Origin: the human T2T-CHM13v2.0 reference genome, Homo sapiens
NCBI RefSeq assembly: GCF_009914755.1
Contig: NC_060927.1
Strand: one strand, 5' to 3'
Length of the DNA stretch: 64,000 nt
Shown here piece by piece: positions 41,435 through 58,033 of this stretch; position 1 is the stretch's first letter; each line of letters opens with the position of its first letter. The notes below the pieces were generated by a model, which did not search any database, had not been told where the DNA came from, and worked only from the letters and a program-made list of their open reading frames with translations. A program made the position numbers and the translations under genes.

Positions 41435-43764
41435 TCACTGTATCCCTCCTCCCACACCACATTGTCTTGATTACTGTAGCTACATAGTAAGTCTTAACAT
41501 TGCATCCTATTCACTCTAAAGTGAATTTTATCTGAGATATTTAGGTAAATAAGGACCCAAGAGAGAGATGCCAGCTCTCCGTAAACTAGTGCCTATAACC
41601 AAGAGTTATTTAGGAGCTTTGGGTCATCTCCAACTTATTCTGAGAAAATCAGTAGGAAAACCACAAAGTAAATATTCAGAAAAGTGAATATGAGTTAAGT
41701 AATTTGGTTTGTAAGTCTAAAGTTCTGTACAGCTGTCTCTGAAGCCTGGATTGATAATGAAGTCTAGATCTTTGGGTTTGTTTGGGTTTGTCAGTAATAG
41801 CTATTGATGATCAAAAAAGCCATATGAGCAAAAGGTTTTGAGAAAAAAGTTAGGTTCTGGATTCATTTTAAAAAGTTAGCCACTCGTTTGTGTATTTTAA
41901 GAAATCTCATCTGCTGTACTGAAGCCTTATATATGTTCCTTTATCTTAAGATAACATAGATAGTACACCATTTTAGACTTAGAGAGGTGGTAGAGGTCAA
42001 TTCATTTAACCATCACATTTTACAGGTAGGAAAATCAGGACCCTTTTATAAATGGGCTGGCACATCTGCAGATTGTCCTGGGTCACTGGGAAGGTGGGGG
42101 AGGCCGGCAGAGGCTGACCAGAATCAGCCTCACCAGTGGATACTCTGTCAGCCTTCTCGCCTGCCTGTAAACCTGTTTTCACTCTTTTTCATCTGGCATG
42201 GTCCTGAAGCCAAGGGCAGCAGTGGGCATTACTATTACACAGTACTACACACTATACAAAACTATGCCTCCTTCCAGCTCCCTGGAATAGGAACCTCTGT
42301 TCATAGACCTTTGCCTGGAATTAGACTGAAATAGGCTGTGCTCACTGGGCCTTGCCTGTTGTGGATTTTGGCTTCCCACTTACAGGGGCGGAGCTGCCTC
42401 TTGTGCCTCCCAGGGACTGACTTTGCATTTCCCTTGGCTCCCTCTCTGTGGCTTTGTTCCTCATTTTCATCACCAGCCTGCTACTAGGACTGGTCCCTGC
42501 TGTGGTTATGTTAACATCTTCTAGGGTTTACACCCCAACCCTAAGAAGTCATGTGAAATCTTACAGAAGAGCTGCTAACAATCAAGGGCATGAATACTGC
42601 TTTCCGAATTTCACTAATATTGGCCAGCTCCTTTTAGAGTTGCCCTGGAACAGAGAAATTTACAGCCAACTGTAAATCAGAAATGTCAGTTTGGGCTAGG
42701 GGGCCATGATCCAATAGTGGAGCAAGATTAATAGAATAATCTATACGTATTTTAAAGTATACTCATCTATAAAGAATAGAATTAAACTTTTATTGTTATA
42801 ATATTGGCCTTTGGTTATTTTTATCAGGTTTTAAAAATAAAGATGCTGCATAATAGCAAATTATTACTAAACATTTATATTGGCCACAACTGTCATAAAT
42901 CCAGAGTAATGGAAGGAATTCCTATTTTTGCCTTTGGATTTTATTTTATTTTTTTGTCCCGAATTTGCCGTTGAAAGAATTTTTGTGAACTTTCCAATGT
43001 GCATAGTATATATCAAGATACAATAAATTCAAAAGAAATAAAAGAGAAACAGCATAAGATTACCAAAAAAGGAGGGAACCAGGAGTAATTTTGAATTTTA
43101 CTTTTAGAAAGTTTGTTTTTTAATCTTATTTTTGTCAGTGACTATTCTTGGTATGTTATTTCTGTAATTTCTTAGTTGTGTTCATTATTAACTGTTATAT
43201 AGAACTGTCATTAGAAGCAGGATTGAACCCCATTGGAAGTGTTTTAATTTCACATCTGAATTTGAGCAGGCTGTTGAATATTGGTGGGATGGAATGTGAA
43301 CCGACTGATCGCTTTTCCAATCCTGTTATTTTCCAGTGTGGTTTGGAAAAAAATCTCTACATATGAAGTCAAGAAAGCACAATGAAGCCTTCTGGTTAAT
43401 GAATTTAGTGAGTTTCAGATTTTCCTCTCATGGAGAGTCCTGGAAAATCACTTCAGAAAAGAGTGCTGTGGGTCACTTGTAGAAGAAACTGCTTTGCATG
43501 CATATATGATTTAGAGCATTCTAAAGGCTAACATGGATTCTGGCCCAGCCTCTGATGAATAGAATCAAAACCTATTGATTACCAGACCAAGAATTGGAAA
43601 CAAAGCCATTTGATACAGCTTTTAGGTTTATGACTAGCCAGTCAGATCTCTCTCAGCTGCTGAATGTAGAAGTTCACTGGACACATGCGTGTATTTACCG
43701 AAGCCTGACAATGTCTGACACTGTTGTGCCTTGACTGTGGTAGTGATCACCTGTAATGCAATTT

Positions 43765-44745
43765 TTCATAACAATTTTGTTGAGATATAATTCACATACC
43801 ATACAATTCACCTATTTAAGCATACAGTTCAGTGGTTTCATATATTGTGTATCCATCACTACAGTCAGTTTTGGAGCATTTTCATCACCTACAAAACTCC
43901 ATTCCCATTAGCAGTTACCCCTGATTCCCCTACATCCCCAGCACTAGGCCACCAGTAATGTACCTTCTATCTTTAGAGAGTTGCTTATTCTGTCTGGACA
44001 TTTCAGTGGAATCATATAGTATGTGGTATTTTGTGATTGTCCTCTTAGGATAATTTTTTTTTTTTTTGGGGGGGGGACAGAGTCTCTCTCTGTTACCCAG
44101 GCTGGAGGGCAGTGGTGTGATCTCGGCTCACTGCAACCTCCGCCTCCCAGATTCAAGCGATTTCTCCTTTCTCAGCCTCCTGAGTAGCTGGGACCACAGG
44201 CAATGCGCCACCATGCCCAGCCAGTTTCTGTATTTTTAGTAGAGACGGGGCTTCACCCTGTTGGCCAGGCTGTTCTCAAATTCCTGACCTCAGGTGATCC
44301 ACCCACTTCGGCTTCCCAAAGTGTTGGGATTATAGGCATGAGCCACCGCGCCCGGCCTCTTAGCATAATTTTTAAGGGTACTTGTAGCATGTGTCAGTTC
44401 TTCATTTTTTTATTGCCAGATAATATTCCAGCATATGGATGTATCACACTGTATTAATCCATTCATCAACTGATAAACATTTGGGTTGTTTCCCCTTTTT
44501 GGCTATTAATACCGTGGCTATGAGCATTTATGTGCAAGTTTTTGGGTGAATATATATTTTTATTACTCTTGGGTATATACCTAGGAGTGGAATTGCTGGG
44601 CCTTATGGTAACTGTATTTAACCATTTGAGGAATGGCCAGACTGTTTCCAAAGCAGCTGTACCACTTTATCTTCCCACCAGCAGTGTATGAGGGTTCCCG
44701 ATTTCTTCACATTCTTGTCAACACTTGTTATTACCTGGTTTTTTT
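43765..44745 (-). mobile_element. L1MB-type 3' UTR fragment interrupted by an Alu
   Basis: ttgagatataattcacataccatacaattcacc..gggtatatacctaggagtggaattgctggg..ttcccaccagcagtgtatgaggg. Confidence 0.82.
44058..44357 (-). mobile_element. AluSx-like
   Basis: TSD tcttaggataatttt / tcttagcataatttt. A G run lies between tail and body. Confidence 0.9.
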
Positions 44746-45068
44746 TTTTTTTTGGTCTGTAATACAATTTTATGTGTTTTTTAATTCCTTTGCATTGTTG
44801 ATGTTTTTCCTGCCAGGGATCGGCATTCACATACTTAAGGAAGTAGGGTATGGTTAGCCATGATATGGCTCTGAGCTGTAATGAAATTCTGTGCTAGGAC
44901 CAGCTTGTCTATTTGTCTCTTACCTTGACTTCTGATCATAGCACTAACCAAACCACCATGATACCACAGAAATAATTGTTTTAGAAGCTCAAATCTAATC
45001 TTTTAAATCTTGAGATGTGTCACACATACATAAGAATGCATAAAATATATGTATAAGGAATAATTAAT

Positions 45069-45366
45069 AGCTGGGCATGGTGGTTCATGCCTGTAATTCC
45101 ATCGCTTTGGGAGGCTGAGGCAGGAAGATTGCTTGAAGCCAGGAGTTTGAGACCAGCCTGGGCAACGACTCTGTCTATACAAAAATTTTTTTAAAAAAAT
45201 TAACTGGGCATGATGGTGCACACCTGTAGTCCTAGCTACTTGGGAGGCTGAGATGAGAAGATTACTTGAGCCCAGGAGTTTGAGGCTGCAGTGAGTTATG
45301 GTCGTGCCACTGCACTCCAGCCTGGGCAACAGAGCAAGACTATATCTCATATAAGGAAAAAAAAAA
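45069..45366 (+). mobile_element. AluJ
   Basis: J-type right arm with A tail. Confidence 0.87.
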
Positions 45367-45369
45367 TAG

Positions 45370-46060
45370 AATTATAAAGCAAACACCCATATAACCCACC
45401 CACATCATAGAGTAGAAATTTACAGTTCTAAGTAACAGTTAATAATGAACATGACTGAAAATATGTTAGCATTGTAAACATTAATAATCATTAACAAATT
45501 AAATCACTTTTTGATGATTTTCCTTTTCTTTGTATCATTTTGTTTTTCTTTATAGTTTTACTGTATGTACAAACACACACACATGCACGCACACATGCAT
45601 CCAACACCGCTACCCCAAAACATGAGCTTGAAGTTGCCTGTTTTTGAACTTCACATAAATGGAAACATACTATATGTATTCTTCAGTGACTTCTTTTGCT
45701 TAACATTTCAAAGATATTGTGGGTAGCTGTTCGTTCATTTTTTTTCTTTTTTGCTACTGTGTAGTTTTCTAGCTTCTGTGTTCTCCTGATGAACCTTTAG
45801 GTTGGTTCTGATATTTGGGTATTATGAGCAGGGCTGCTATGAATATTCTTGTGGATATTTCAGGTCTGTAAGAGTTTCTTCAAAATAGTTACCAAGGAGT
45901 AGAATTACTGCTTTCCTAGATAATGCCAGAGTCTTTTTAAAAATGTTGTAATCTTTTCTCCCACAGCATTACCAGCCTTTGGTACATTCAGACTTTTAGC
46001 AGTTTTGACAGTCTGTTGGTTGCTTCTGTAGCAGTATCTCATTGTGGTTTAAATTTAATC
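45370..46060 (-). mobile_element. Old L1M (ME/MC-type) fragments
   Basis: gcctgtttttgaacttcacataaatgg..gctgctatgaatattcttg..tatctcattgtggttt. Confidence 0.55.
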
Positions 46061-47025
46061 TCGCTTGAGTTTTATTATTACTTTTACCTTTTCACCCAGT
46101 GCATTTGCAGTTATAGATTTTTTTATTTTCTCAAAGAAAAGTGGACATTGGGCTACCTGAAAATCATATTTGGGCTAGTGAAAATTCATTGAGCTAGTAG
46201 CATTCTTTAGGTTATTCTGACTGAGAACTTGATCACTTAGATGATGAGTACTGTCAGATTATTTTTGATCCTATGGTTTTATCTGGCCTTACACATTTTT
46301 GTATAATAAAATTTAAAATTTATGGAATTGCTTATTTAGTTTACCAACTTGATATGCTACAAGCAATAAGTCTGTAGTTTGCTCATATTGATTCTAAGCC
46401 CAATATATAAATTGTCATTTATTTATGGTGAATTAAGTATTTATCCCTAAGAGGAATTTACAACATCTAGTTCAAAGTATTCTCAATATTAGGAAGTAAT
46501 ACCTATATGTGTGTGTGCATGAGTGTGTCAGAGTGTACATGTGGGCCAAAGTGCTGAAAGATGTGGCATTTTTTGCCAGAGGAAGAAGTTTACTGAGGAA
46601 AACTCAATATTCTAAAACTTAAAAAAACTTAATAGTAATGTAAAACAAATCTTGCTTAATTTAATGAGAACAAATAAGATTATTTAAGTGCGAAGAAATG
46701 GGGTGAAAGCAGAATTTTATTTGTATGAGATTAAGAATTGACCGAATACTCAGCATATGACTTCTATGAGAGCAAAGTTTCATAATATGTAGTGCATTCT
46801 CACTGGAGCTTTTGCTGTTTTGTTTGGTTGTTTGTTTTTTAACTTAAAAGAAATAACTACAAGTAATATATCGTCCTGTCAGGTGATTCGTGTACTGTGT
46901 TAGAAAGAAAAGGTAACAAATTACTGTGTTTATTTCCAGTTCCTGAATGTAGATGAATTTAAGTTTGTTATAGGGGGAAATATTTTCTGTCTCATTGCAA
47001 GTGTTCTATTATGGCTTTCAGTTAG

Positions 47026-47386
<361 letters not shown>

Positions 47387-47655
47387 AGGAATATTTATGT
47401 TCTACCTGCTGTAAGAAAAGCCTACCCAAAAGTCAATTCTGTATGTCAATTAATTTTTTTGTTGATGGAGAGGGAGTAGTTTCAAGGAAAAGTGAATTCA
47501 GCAGATTCTTTACTGACACTGGGAATCTAAATGGGACTGCTGAATAGCTTTCCATTTTTTTGTTTTGGTTGTGTGATTGAATATGTTTTATACCAAAATA
47601 TAGTTTATTGTTCCATGAATATATTTAATAATTGCAATATCTTATAATCTCACTC

Positions 47656-47695
47656 TAGATTGAATTTTCATACTGTAGATTGAACTTTCATACTG
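47656..47695 (+). repeat. 20-bp tandem duplication (19/20 identical)
   Basis: tagattgaattttcatactg / tagattgaactttcatactg. Confidence 0.9.
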
Positions 47696-48684
47696 TACTA
47701 TACAGAGTAGAAGTGAGTTTTCATTTTTAACTACATGAAATCTCAGTTCTAAGGTCAATAAATTTTTCTTCTGTTTCCCACAAGTAAGATCCCATTATAT
47801 AAACCATCTCAGAAGATGTCCACATTAGAGAATAATGTTTACAAGTAGTTACCAAAATGAGAAACTGCCAGGCATTATTTACTTACATGACACGAATGTT
47901 CACTCTCTTGAATTTTCCTTTAATATTCATAATAATTACATTAGATTCAGAAATTCAGGAATATTTTAACATACATATGTACTAAAAAATACCTTAGTTA
48001 TCAGAAGGGAGTGTTTCATTTTGTTCTTTTAACAAATGGTTGCTTTTATTCTTTTGAGAATATTTGTTTCCTAGGTGAATGAGAGCTAATCTTTTATGCA
48101 TGAAGGGCCTAAAGTGCTCTGATTTATATTAATAAATATATTGACAATTTAGGAAACATAGAATCCTTTAGACCTTTCCTATAGAGAAGAAGAGTAGTCT
48201 TTGCAAATTTGCTTTACATTGGTGAAAAAAGTCATCATTTCGAAGCCACTCATTTCATCGGAATTGGGAGGGCCACCATCTTATAGCTGGGCTTGTGAAC
48301 CTTTGACTTTTCCCAGTATATATTGGACTATTTTGATCACTGCTATATGCTTCTAGTTCCTCAATCAGTATCTGCCACAGAGGAGGCCCTCTAAATTTTT
48401 TGTGGAATTACTTAATGAAATGAATGAGTGATTATTCGCCTTCACAGGATTGTGTGAGACCATATAAGGTGTGTAGAGCGGTTTGACCTCCCACCATTGA
48501 AATGCTCCTTACCATTAGCATCTAAAGTGATTCACTTGAGAAATGTGTGTGCTCTCGTGACAGTCTGCTTGTTCCAGCCTTGCTGGAATCTAGATCCACG
48601 AGAATCCTGTGTTCATTTTTCTCTAAAGAATAATTACGACCATCTAAGGTAATAGCTAAAGAATCGAGACCTGTAAGAACTCTT

Positions 48685-48855
48685 AGCCAGGTACAGTGGC
48701 CTGTGCCTGTAGTCCCAGCTACTCAGGAGGCTAAGGTGGGAGGATTGCTTGAACCCAGGAGTTTGAGGCTGCAGTGCCCTATGATTGTGTCTGTGAATAG
48801 CCACTGCATTACAGCCTGGGCAACATAGGGAGACCTTGCCTCTGGAAAAACAAAC
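48685..48855 (+). mobile_element. FAM (fossil Alu monomer)
   Basis: Monomer retaining the 7SL-derived ctgtgaatagccactgca block. TSD aactctt. Confidence 0.82.
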
Positions 48856-48904
48856 AACTCTTGGTAGTCTCCTAATAACCTATTCAAAGAGTTCAGAATT
48901 TGGC

Positions 48905-48925
48905 GGGTGGGTGGGGGGAGGGGGG
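48905..48925 (+). other. G-quadruplex motif with 1-nt loops
   Basis: GGG-T-GGG-T-GGGGGG-A-GGGGGG. Confidence 0.65.
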
Positions 48926-49123
48926 TCCATTTATCTCTGTTCCTCTTCATATCTTTGCCAGAGAAGATAATTTTAAAAAAGAAAATATTGTTGTCATTTG
49001 CTTTTCTACGAAAGAAGCACATTTAGATAGTGAAGGAAAAGTGAAAAATGTTCTTTATGCCGTTTACATTGTCTCATTTAATTATCCCAGTAGCACTGCA
49101 AGGTTGGAATAGTGACTAGCCTA

Positions 49124-49475
<352 letters not shown>

Positions 49476-49700
49476 GAATATAGACTCCAAGAGGGTTGCA
49501 GTTTCACTGGTTCTGCCTGGTTCACCCTTGTGTCTTCAGTATAAACCATGGTGCCCTGGCACGTGGATATACTGGTTGGTTTTACTTTTGCCTAAGATAA
49601 CATCGCTAGTTAATGGAATCTACTGAGATTTGCATGTAGTTTTTATGCTTTCCACAGCCTATGAGCTCTTTTCACTGCAGTACTTTTAAGTTTTCTAAGA

Positions 49701-50038
49701 CCGGGGTCCCCAAGCCCTGGGCCATGGATGGTACCTGTCTGTGGCATGTTAGGAACCAGGCCACACAGCAGGAGGTGAGTGGCAGGCAAACGAGCATTAC
49801 CACCTGAGCTCTGCCTCCTGTCAGATCAGCAGTGGCATTAGACTCTCATAGGAGCACGAACCCTATTGTGAACTGCGCATGTGAAGGATCTAGGTTGCGT
49901 ACTCCTTATAAGAATCTAATGCCTGATAATCTGAGGTGGAACAATTTCATCCCAAAGCCCTGCCACCGCATCACATCCATGGGACAAATTGTCTTCCACA
50001 AAACCTGTCCTTGGTGCCAAAAAGGTTGGGGACCACTG
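49701..50038. mobile_element. MER1B hAT-Charlie MITE, full length
   Basis: TIRs ccggggtcccca.. / ..tggggaccactg. 8-bp TSD ttctaaga / ttgtgaga (6/8). Typical MER1 internal sequence. Confidence 0.88.
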
Positions 50039-50536
50039 TTGTGAGATCATTTCGAGTTACACCTCTCTGAAAAAGTGGACATATTCCAGTGGTGTTTACC
50101 TGGCAGCTGTTGTAATGCTATGATGTAGGTCTTTTCTCTATACAGAACATGCTGATGCTGATGACTGTATTCTTTGGCAGCTCATAGTATGAGCATATAA
50201 TAAATCTTATGTATGCACTTTTTACCCTCACTTTTCAAATTGTTATATTTAGTCAGTGAAAGCAACTAGAAAAAAGTAAAACTGATACCAGCTGTTATAC
50301 ATATTGCCATATCCCAGCATGATTTGCTCCTGTAAGCCTGGTGGTCACATACAGCAGTCTGCCTTTCCTGCTCTCCTACTCATCTTATAAAAAGACTCTA
50401 CCAGATTAGCCCTCTTTTCTTTTATTCTGATTCCTGCTATTTTGAAGTTGTGGGAACCAGAGAAGGAGTTCATATTTCTCTACCATTCTATGGCACCTTT
50501 GCCCTAGTAGGATGGAGTAGTACTGAGCTGACATGT

Positions 50537-51269
<733 letters not shown>

Positions 51270-51758
51270 GGATACCTAGAAATAGGGAGGCGATTGAATA
51301 CTGCCATCTTTTGTGTTGTTGGGTTATCTCTATATTTAACCATAGTGAGAGGAAGAAAGAGCTAGGAGATAGGGAGACAACAGTGAGGAAGAATTGAGGC
51401 ACAGAGGAAGGCCGTAGTGTAGAAGTAAATTGAACTCTCATAATGTTTATGGTGAAACTACCGATTTATAAGATACTTGGTGTTTTGGGTTATTTTTAGC
51501 AAGTTTTAATTAGATAGAGCTTTATAAACCAGTGATTACCCAACACCTGTCTCTTAGCTAAAAGCCTTTTATAATAATCATTTAGCCTTTTGTGTGTAAA
51601 TGTTATTGCATATAAGCAGTTCTAGAATAATTTCATAAAGTTTTAGAGTTTAGGGAGGCAGAGTGGCTTCTGAGTTAAAACTTTTGATCTTTCACTCATT
51701 TTTAGTCACCTGGTGGTAGTCTGTGTGTCTGTATAATGAATAATGGAGCATTTGATAA

Positions 51759-52099
<341 letters not shown>

Positions 52100-55000
52100 T
52101 CACTGTTGTAAGAGCTAAGCTAGATTGCTCAAGTGTTTTTCCCTCTCCTACCTTGACATAAAAGTTTTGTCTGTGTCAGACATTCGTATTTTCAGCCACA
52201 CCCCAGAGTGCATCACTGATGTTTGAGGTTCTTCACCAGCAAGCCCACGTCAGCACTCGGTCATGTCTGTCCAAAAGGTGCTTTGAACCCTTGGAGGATG
52301 TGGAATGCCATGTCGACCTCAGTGCCACCAGGGGCATACTCGAGCCCACCAAAGGAGCAAGTGAAGGGGTTGCCTGAGCGGCGCTCCGGAATGTGCTGCA
52401 GCCTTCTGCAGAATGATCTTTGCTGAGTGAGGCCTGCCTGTAGGAGCTAACTGGTATGTTTGGTAGTGGAGGCATCGGACAGTGTAGTCAGTAACAAGAT
52501 ACTAAGATAAATGCAGGGGTTAAATGCTTCCTAGAGTGATGTTTTTTAAGCTGGCTAGTTTTGTTTATTGCAGGAATTAGGTAACTTTGTTGGAGAGCAA
52601 CCTTGAAGAGCAGTGGAGATGAGTCAGACTTCCTGGCTACTTAGCCAGTATCAAGTAATTAAAAACCACTCCATGGATGGGGCCACGCCGGCAGAGAAAC
52701 CTTCTTACAGGGAATGACTTTATGATACCCACACTTTTCAAAGAGTGGGCTGCATTGAGCTGGTCTCATTGGGAAGCATGTTACCTACGAGTGAGTGAGA
52801 AAAGCTGCACAGGTGCCTAGCAGTTGCTCTGCTCATTTCACTTCCACTGGATGAGTTACTTTGTTCCCCATTCCAAAAGCTGACTGTTCCTATTCCCATT
52901 TAAACGGCACTTTATAAAATTCTCATGTGTCTTTACATTTTATGCTTGCCACAAAGAAGGAAATTCATTGCTTGATTAAACTTAAAATAGGATTTTTTAA
53001 ACTAAGGGAACCTAAAAGCCACTCTTGACTCCAACATATCAATTTAAGCCACTGCAGCTGCGGTTTCTGTCCCGTCCTCTGCTGTTTTACACAGAACTGG
53101 CTTCTAGTGGAGCTCCTAACATTCCAATCTATTTTTTTTGTTTGTTTAAATTTCGTTATCTATGTTATTTAAAAGGTATATTAAAAATATAAGCAAAGTT
53201 GTTTTCTTCCTCCCCTCTAGCTTTTATTGAAAATATAAATGTAAGCCCAGAGGGGAAAATTATTTCCTAATTCTGTAAAGATTCCTGCAACATTTTCCTT
53301 CCAAGGAACTGGCAGTATCTCCTCTGTTACTCTCAGTTGAATATAGAATATTTGGGATTGTGGACAGGTCATATGTTTGTTTCTCTCCTTCCCCCGTGTT
53401 CCGCTTTGCCCAAGTCAACAAGCCATGGTTGCCAGGAGGCTCTTCTTGGGCCAAAGCAGATACCAGGACTTCACCTTGCTGTGACAGTGGTTGGGGACCA
53501 GGAAGATGAGCAAGAATGAATTTGTAAGCAACTGAATTTGCAAGCAATGTATTGATTGTAAATGAATTATTTCGTACATCCCTGTAGTTGTCCCCAGTCT
53601 CCATTCCAATAGGATCCCTGGAGCTGATTGGGAGAGAAGAAAAAGAGATACCTGATTGGTACCCCTCCTAGCTGTTCCAGTAGCCAGGTGGGCTTGGCAG
53701 AGACTATGAAAGAGGCAAGCTACAAGTGGATTGAGACTGTGGGGAATCTTACAAAGAAATAGGGTTGTATATTGTTTCGACTCCTTTTGCGTGGTTGTCT
53801 TCTCCAAGCTGCCTAGATAAGTCAGCAGAAGGGCTCAGATGAAACATGTTTTGTAAATGTAACTTTCAGGTAATGAAACAGTACCTTCCCATTATTGAGC
53901 TCTTTTTTTAAATAGCTAGTTTTGAGTTGAAACCAAGACAATAGATATTCATTATGCAAACCTTTGAGCCACCTTTATGGTATTACTGTCTTAGTATTGC
54001 TCTAATGTTAAATGTCTTCTCTGTTTACTGTAAGATAAAACCTTTGTGTTCAGTCAGAAAATAAAGGGACTCCTTGGAGGACTTTGCCAGGGGCTGCATG
54101 AAGATATGTGGCTGAGACCTATATACAAAGGCCTTCTGTGCAGGGTCTATGTGGCTCTACAAAAGTGGTAAGCTGAGCTGAGAGGAGAAGCCTACAGAAA
54201 TGGAAAGTGGAGGTTCCTGTGTCCATTATTTCAAACTGAAGTTGCTCCTTTATTTAGAAAACAAAGCAACATGCCAGACAAGTACATAAACATTTCATGT
54301 AATTATATTAAGATAGGCTTGGAAAGTGCTGATGGAGACTTTAAAAACACCTGGTTCAAAAGCATGTATTTATCTTCTCTGAAATTAACTGGTGTTTTAT
54401 GTCATTTACAGTCTAGTGTGCACACTTCTTATTTAGCAAAAAATACCACTTCATTTTCATTTTTTCCTTGTTGTAGATGTGGCACATATTACTACTGGAA
54501 ACTTCGATGCCCAGTATTTTTTTCTCTATTCTTTTTATTAAAGAATGGGGTATCTTTTTAAAACTCTCTTTGCACACTGGCATGAACAGGGAACACAGTA
54601 TTGGTGGAGATGGGGTTGGGGGAGGTTTAGAGGGAGGAATTGCATTCTTTTGGCATTCCTGAGAGGAAAACAGCTGTATTAACTTTTTTTTTTTTTTTTT
54701 GGAAAGTGCAGAGGCATCTCCCCTGACTCTCAGAATTCCAGTTCTTTACAGCTGAGCACAAACAGCATGGCATATTATTTATGCCTGGAGTCAGCATGCA
54801 TGAATGTTGCTGTTCTGATTATTAGCCAAGAGAAAACAGCTGTATACATTACTAATAAAAGGACTTTGAAATGAAAAAAAAAAAAATCCAATAGTGGGGT
54901 TTTCCCCTATAAACAGCAGATGTGTACAGGGTTTTACCCCATGTCTGCCCTGTACTTTAGCACCACTGTCCTGGGAGGTAAATGGAAGCCAGCATGAGAG

Positions 55001-56413
55001 GTGGAAGTATGGTGAAAGTAGATATGTTTGTAGCAAAATAGGTATGCTGTGGTTGACTAGAGACATTTTAAGGTTTATTATTTTAAGAGAGCAGTTGTGC
55101 CTAGCCATCATTCCATTCCTCCTCCTTCGCCTCTCATAAAAAGAAAATATTGTGTACCTGCAAACATATGCTCTGCTATCAGCATTCAGACACCCAAACA
55201 CCGAAATCATTTAGCAGCTCTTACTGCTGTCAGTAAGCAGATGATGGCGTAAGGGGTTTAGAATTTGATATGTGTTTTCTAAAGCATCTCTCAAAATAGG
55301 CATTGTCTATTTCTTGTTTGTTGCTTGTGGGAAATTTTTCGTCAAGTGTACCTGTACCTAACCCATGACTAAAACTTACCTAGATCTTAATTTCTAGATT
55401 TAAAAAGAAGAAAAAAGGGATCAAGTAAGGAACAGCGAAGTAAAGAATATCTAAGATTAAAAGTAGGAATAGCTACAATTACCTAGATTTCAATTTCTGG
55501 GTTATTTTTAGTGTGACAAAGTAAAGAGTGTCCAAAATTACAAATCTGAGGGATAATTCAAAGATCCTTTTTTGTTGTCATTGTTCCTGGGGGAATATGT
55601 TTCCTGGGGGAAGGAGCATATCTGACTGGTCCCAGGGAAGAAATGAAGTAGAACTGGTATTGAAGAGATATCTTTGTATGGGAATCCAGCAAAAATACTG
55701 GGTTCCAAGAACTTGCTTGCCTGGGGAACTCCCAGATTCTTTAAAAACCTTACATGTGAAATAGCTTAACATAAATATATAGGTTTAGACATACTGATTG
55801 ATGTTTCAGTGCCTATTTTTATATGCATTTATATCGCTCAGGTCATCTATTTTCCACTTGTTCTATTAAGTCATGGTTTTGCAAATGGTCACCATTTAAA
55901 TATAAGGGACCTATTTTGCTTCTTTCATATTCTTCGACATTTCCTCAATGAAAGAATAAGGAAAGTTTAGGAGTGAGTTACTTAGGGTGTATTCTACTCT
56001 GAGGATTTCAGTTTTACTATAGCTGTATTTAATCTTATATTAATTGGGCACTTATATTAATTTAGTGCCTGTATAATGTTGGCACTGAAATGGTTCTTTA
56101 GTGTGTTGTGAGAAAATTTCAATGAAGTCATTTATAGAAAACTGTTTTTCTCAAGGGAATTTCCCTTTCCCCTTTTCAGAAGTCAGAGGAAAAAAAAACT
56201 GGAATTAGAGTATAGAGTTAGAGATAAAGCGAAACGATGGCAGAATATGCTGAGACATTTGCTCAGGGGTTAAAAGACAGGGAGTTTATAGAACTCCCTT
56301 TTCTGCTTGTCATAAGGTTATCTGTTCCTTCTTTTGGACATCTCTCTAGAGGTGTTCCCAAGCTTTGTATCACAGATTCTTTTATCGTGGGGGTCCTAAA
56401 CTTTAACCATTTA

Positions 56414-56900
<487 letters not shown>

Positions 56901-58005
56901 GGGGGAGGGGTGGGGCGCGGGGTGGGAAGCCTCCCGATGTCCTAGGAATAGAAGGCTTTTGCTGTTGCAGGAGTACTGAAATGGAATAGTAGGAGCTGCC
57001 AGTGAAACTCATTCAGTGTTGATGTAGCATGTTTTAAGAATGTGTTATTTACGGGGAAAACTCTCGAGTTCATCAGCGAACTGAGAATCCATTCATGGGT
57101 GCAGAAAAAGATGCCCATTGCGGGAAATGTGTCTGTACTCTGTGGCACCTCCTTAGGTGGGAGGAATGTGGTGGGGGCTGTGAAGACTGTGCCACTTTCA
57201 CACCTCTGCATGCAGAATGACTCTCATTCTCTTTTACCAAAGAGCGAATTCATTATTGAACCTGTTAGGATCCAAGGCATTCAAGCATATTTGGGGAAGA
57301 CTACTCTTGTTCTCTAGAGAGACAGGTCTAAATGATTAAGTTTCCAAATACTGAGCTTATTCCAGAAATAATTTGGTTTCTGCATGCTTTGTTTTCTACA
57401 GCATGGTGAGACTGCCACTTAGTTAGACTGAGTCTTGTGAATTGAAGCCTGTTTACAAGAAGTCTGACATACACACTATTATTTTTAGCCTGAACAACAT
57501 GAAAACCATCTATTTAAAACTCCCAAATCTGAATGACAGTCTCATCTTGCTTAAAATTCCTTCTAGTACTTTTTAAGCCAACAGAAAGGAACATATAAAC
57601 AATTTGTTAATTGCAACAGCTGGTCCCTGAGTATCTTTATGTTAATGTTTGGAATCTTTGAATTTGAAAGACTTTTAGAAAGAGCATCTGGATTAATGTA
57701 GTGCTATTCAGACTTCAGTCTTGAGAAGTGGAATCGACCTCATCAAGACAAACAAACAGGGGCCTTATACAGATTGGGAGGGCGACAGCAAAGGCATGGT
57801 GAAATTTCTTTAAAAATCTTAGTAGAGAATGAAGACAAATGGTCTCGGTTTGGTTGTGGGTGAATAGCCTCTTATTTAATTTAGTATGATGTTTATCTAG
57901 CTGCTGTGGTAAATGAGGTGAAATCTTTTGTGTATACAGTTAATTCCCAATTATTCATACATGCTTTAGCCAAATTGCTGATTCTCTGTGGACTTTGGAG
58001 ACCTT

Positions 58006-58033
58006 CCCCCCGCCACCCCCCCCCCCCCACCCC
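58006..58033 (-). repeat. Poly-C tract (G4/i-motif potential)
   Basis: Nearly pure C run of about 28 bp with three interruptions. Confidence 0.7.

Noticed and set aside
48685-48855. 7SL RNA gene or pseudogene
   Set aside because: Lacks the S domain. Length and TSD fit a FAM monomer.
52324-52337. CTCF-like gccaccaggggcat in a CpG-richer patch
   Set aside because: One G short of the core, so the essential GGC is out of register. The patch is too short for a CpG island.
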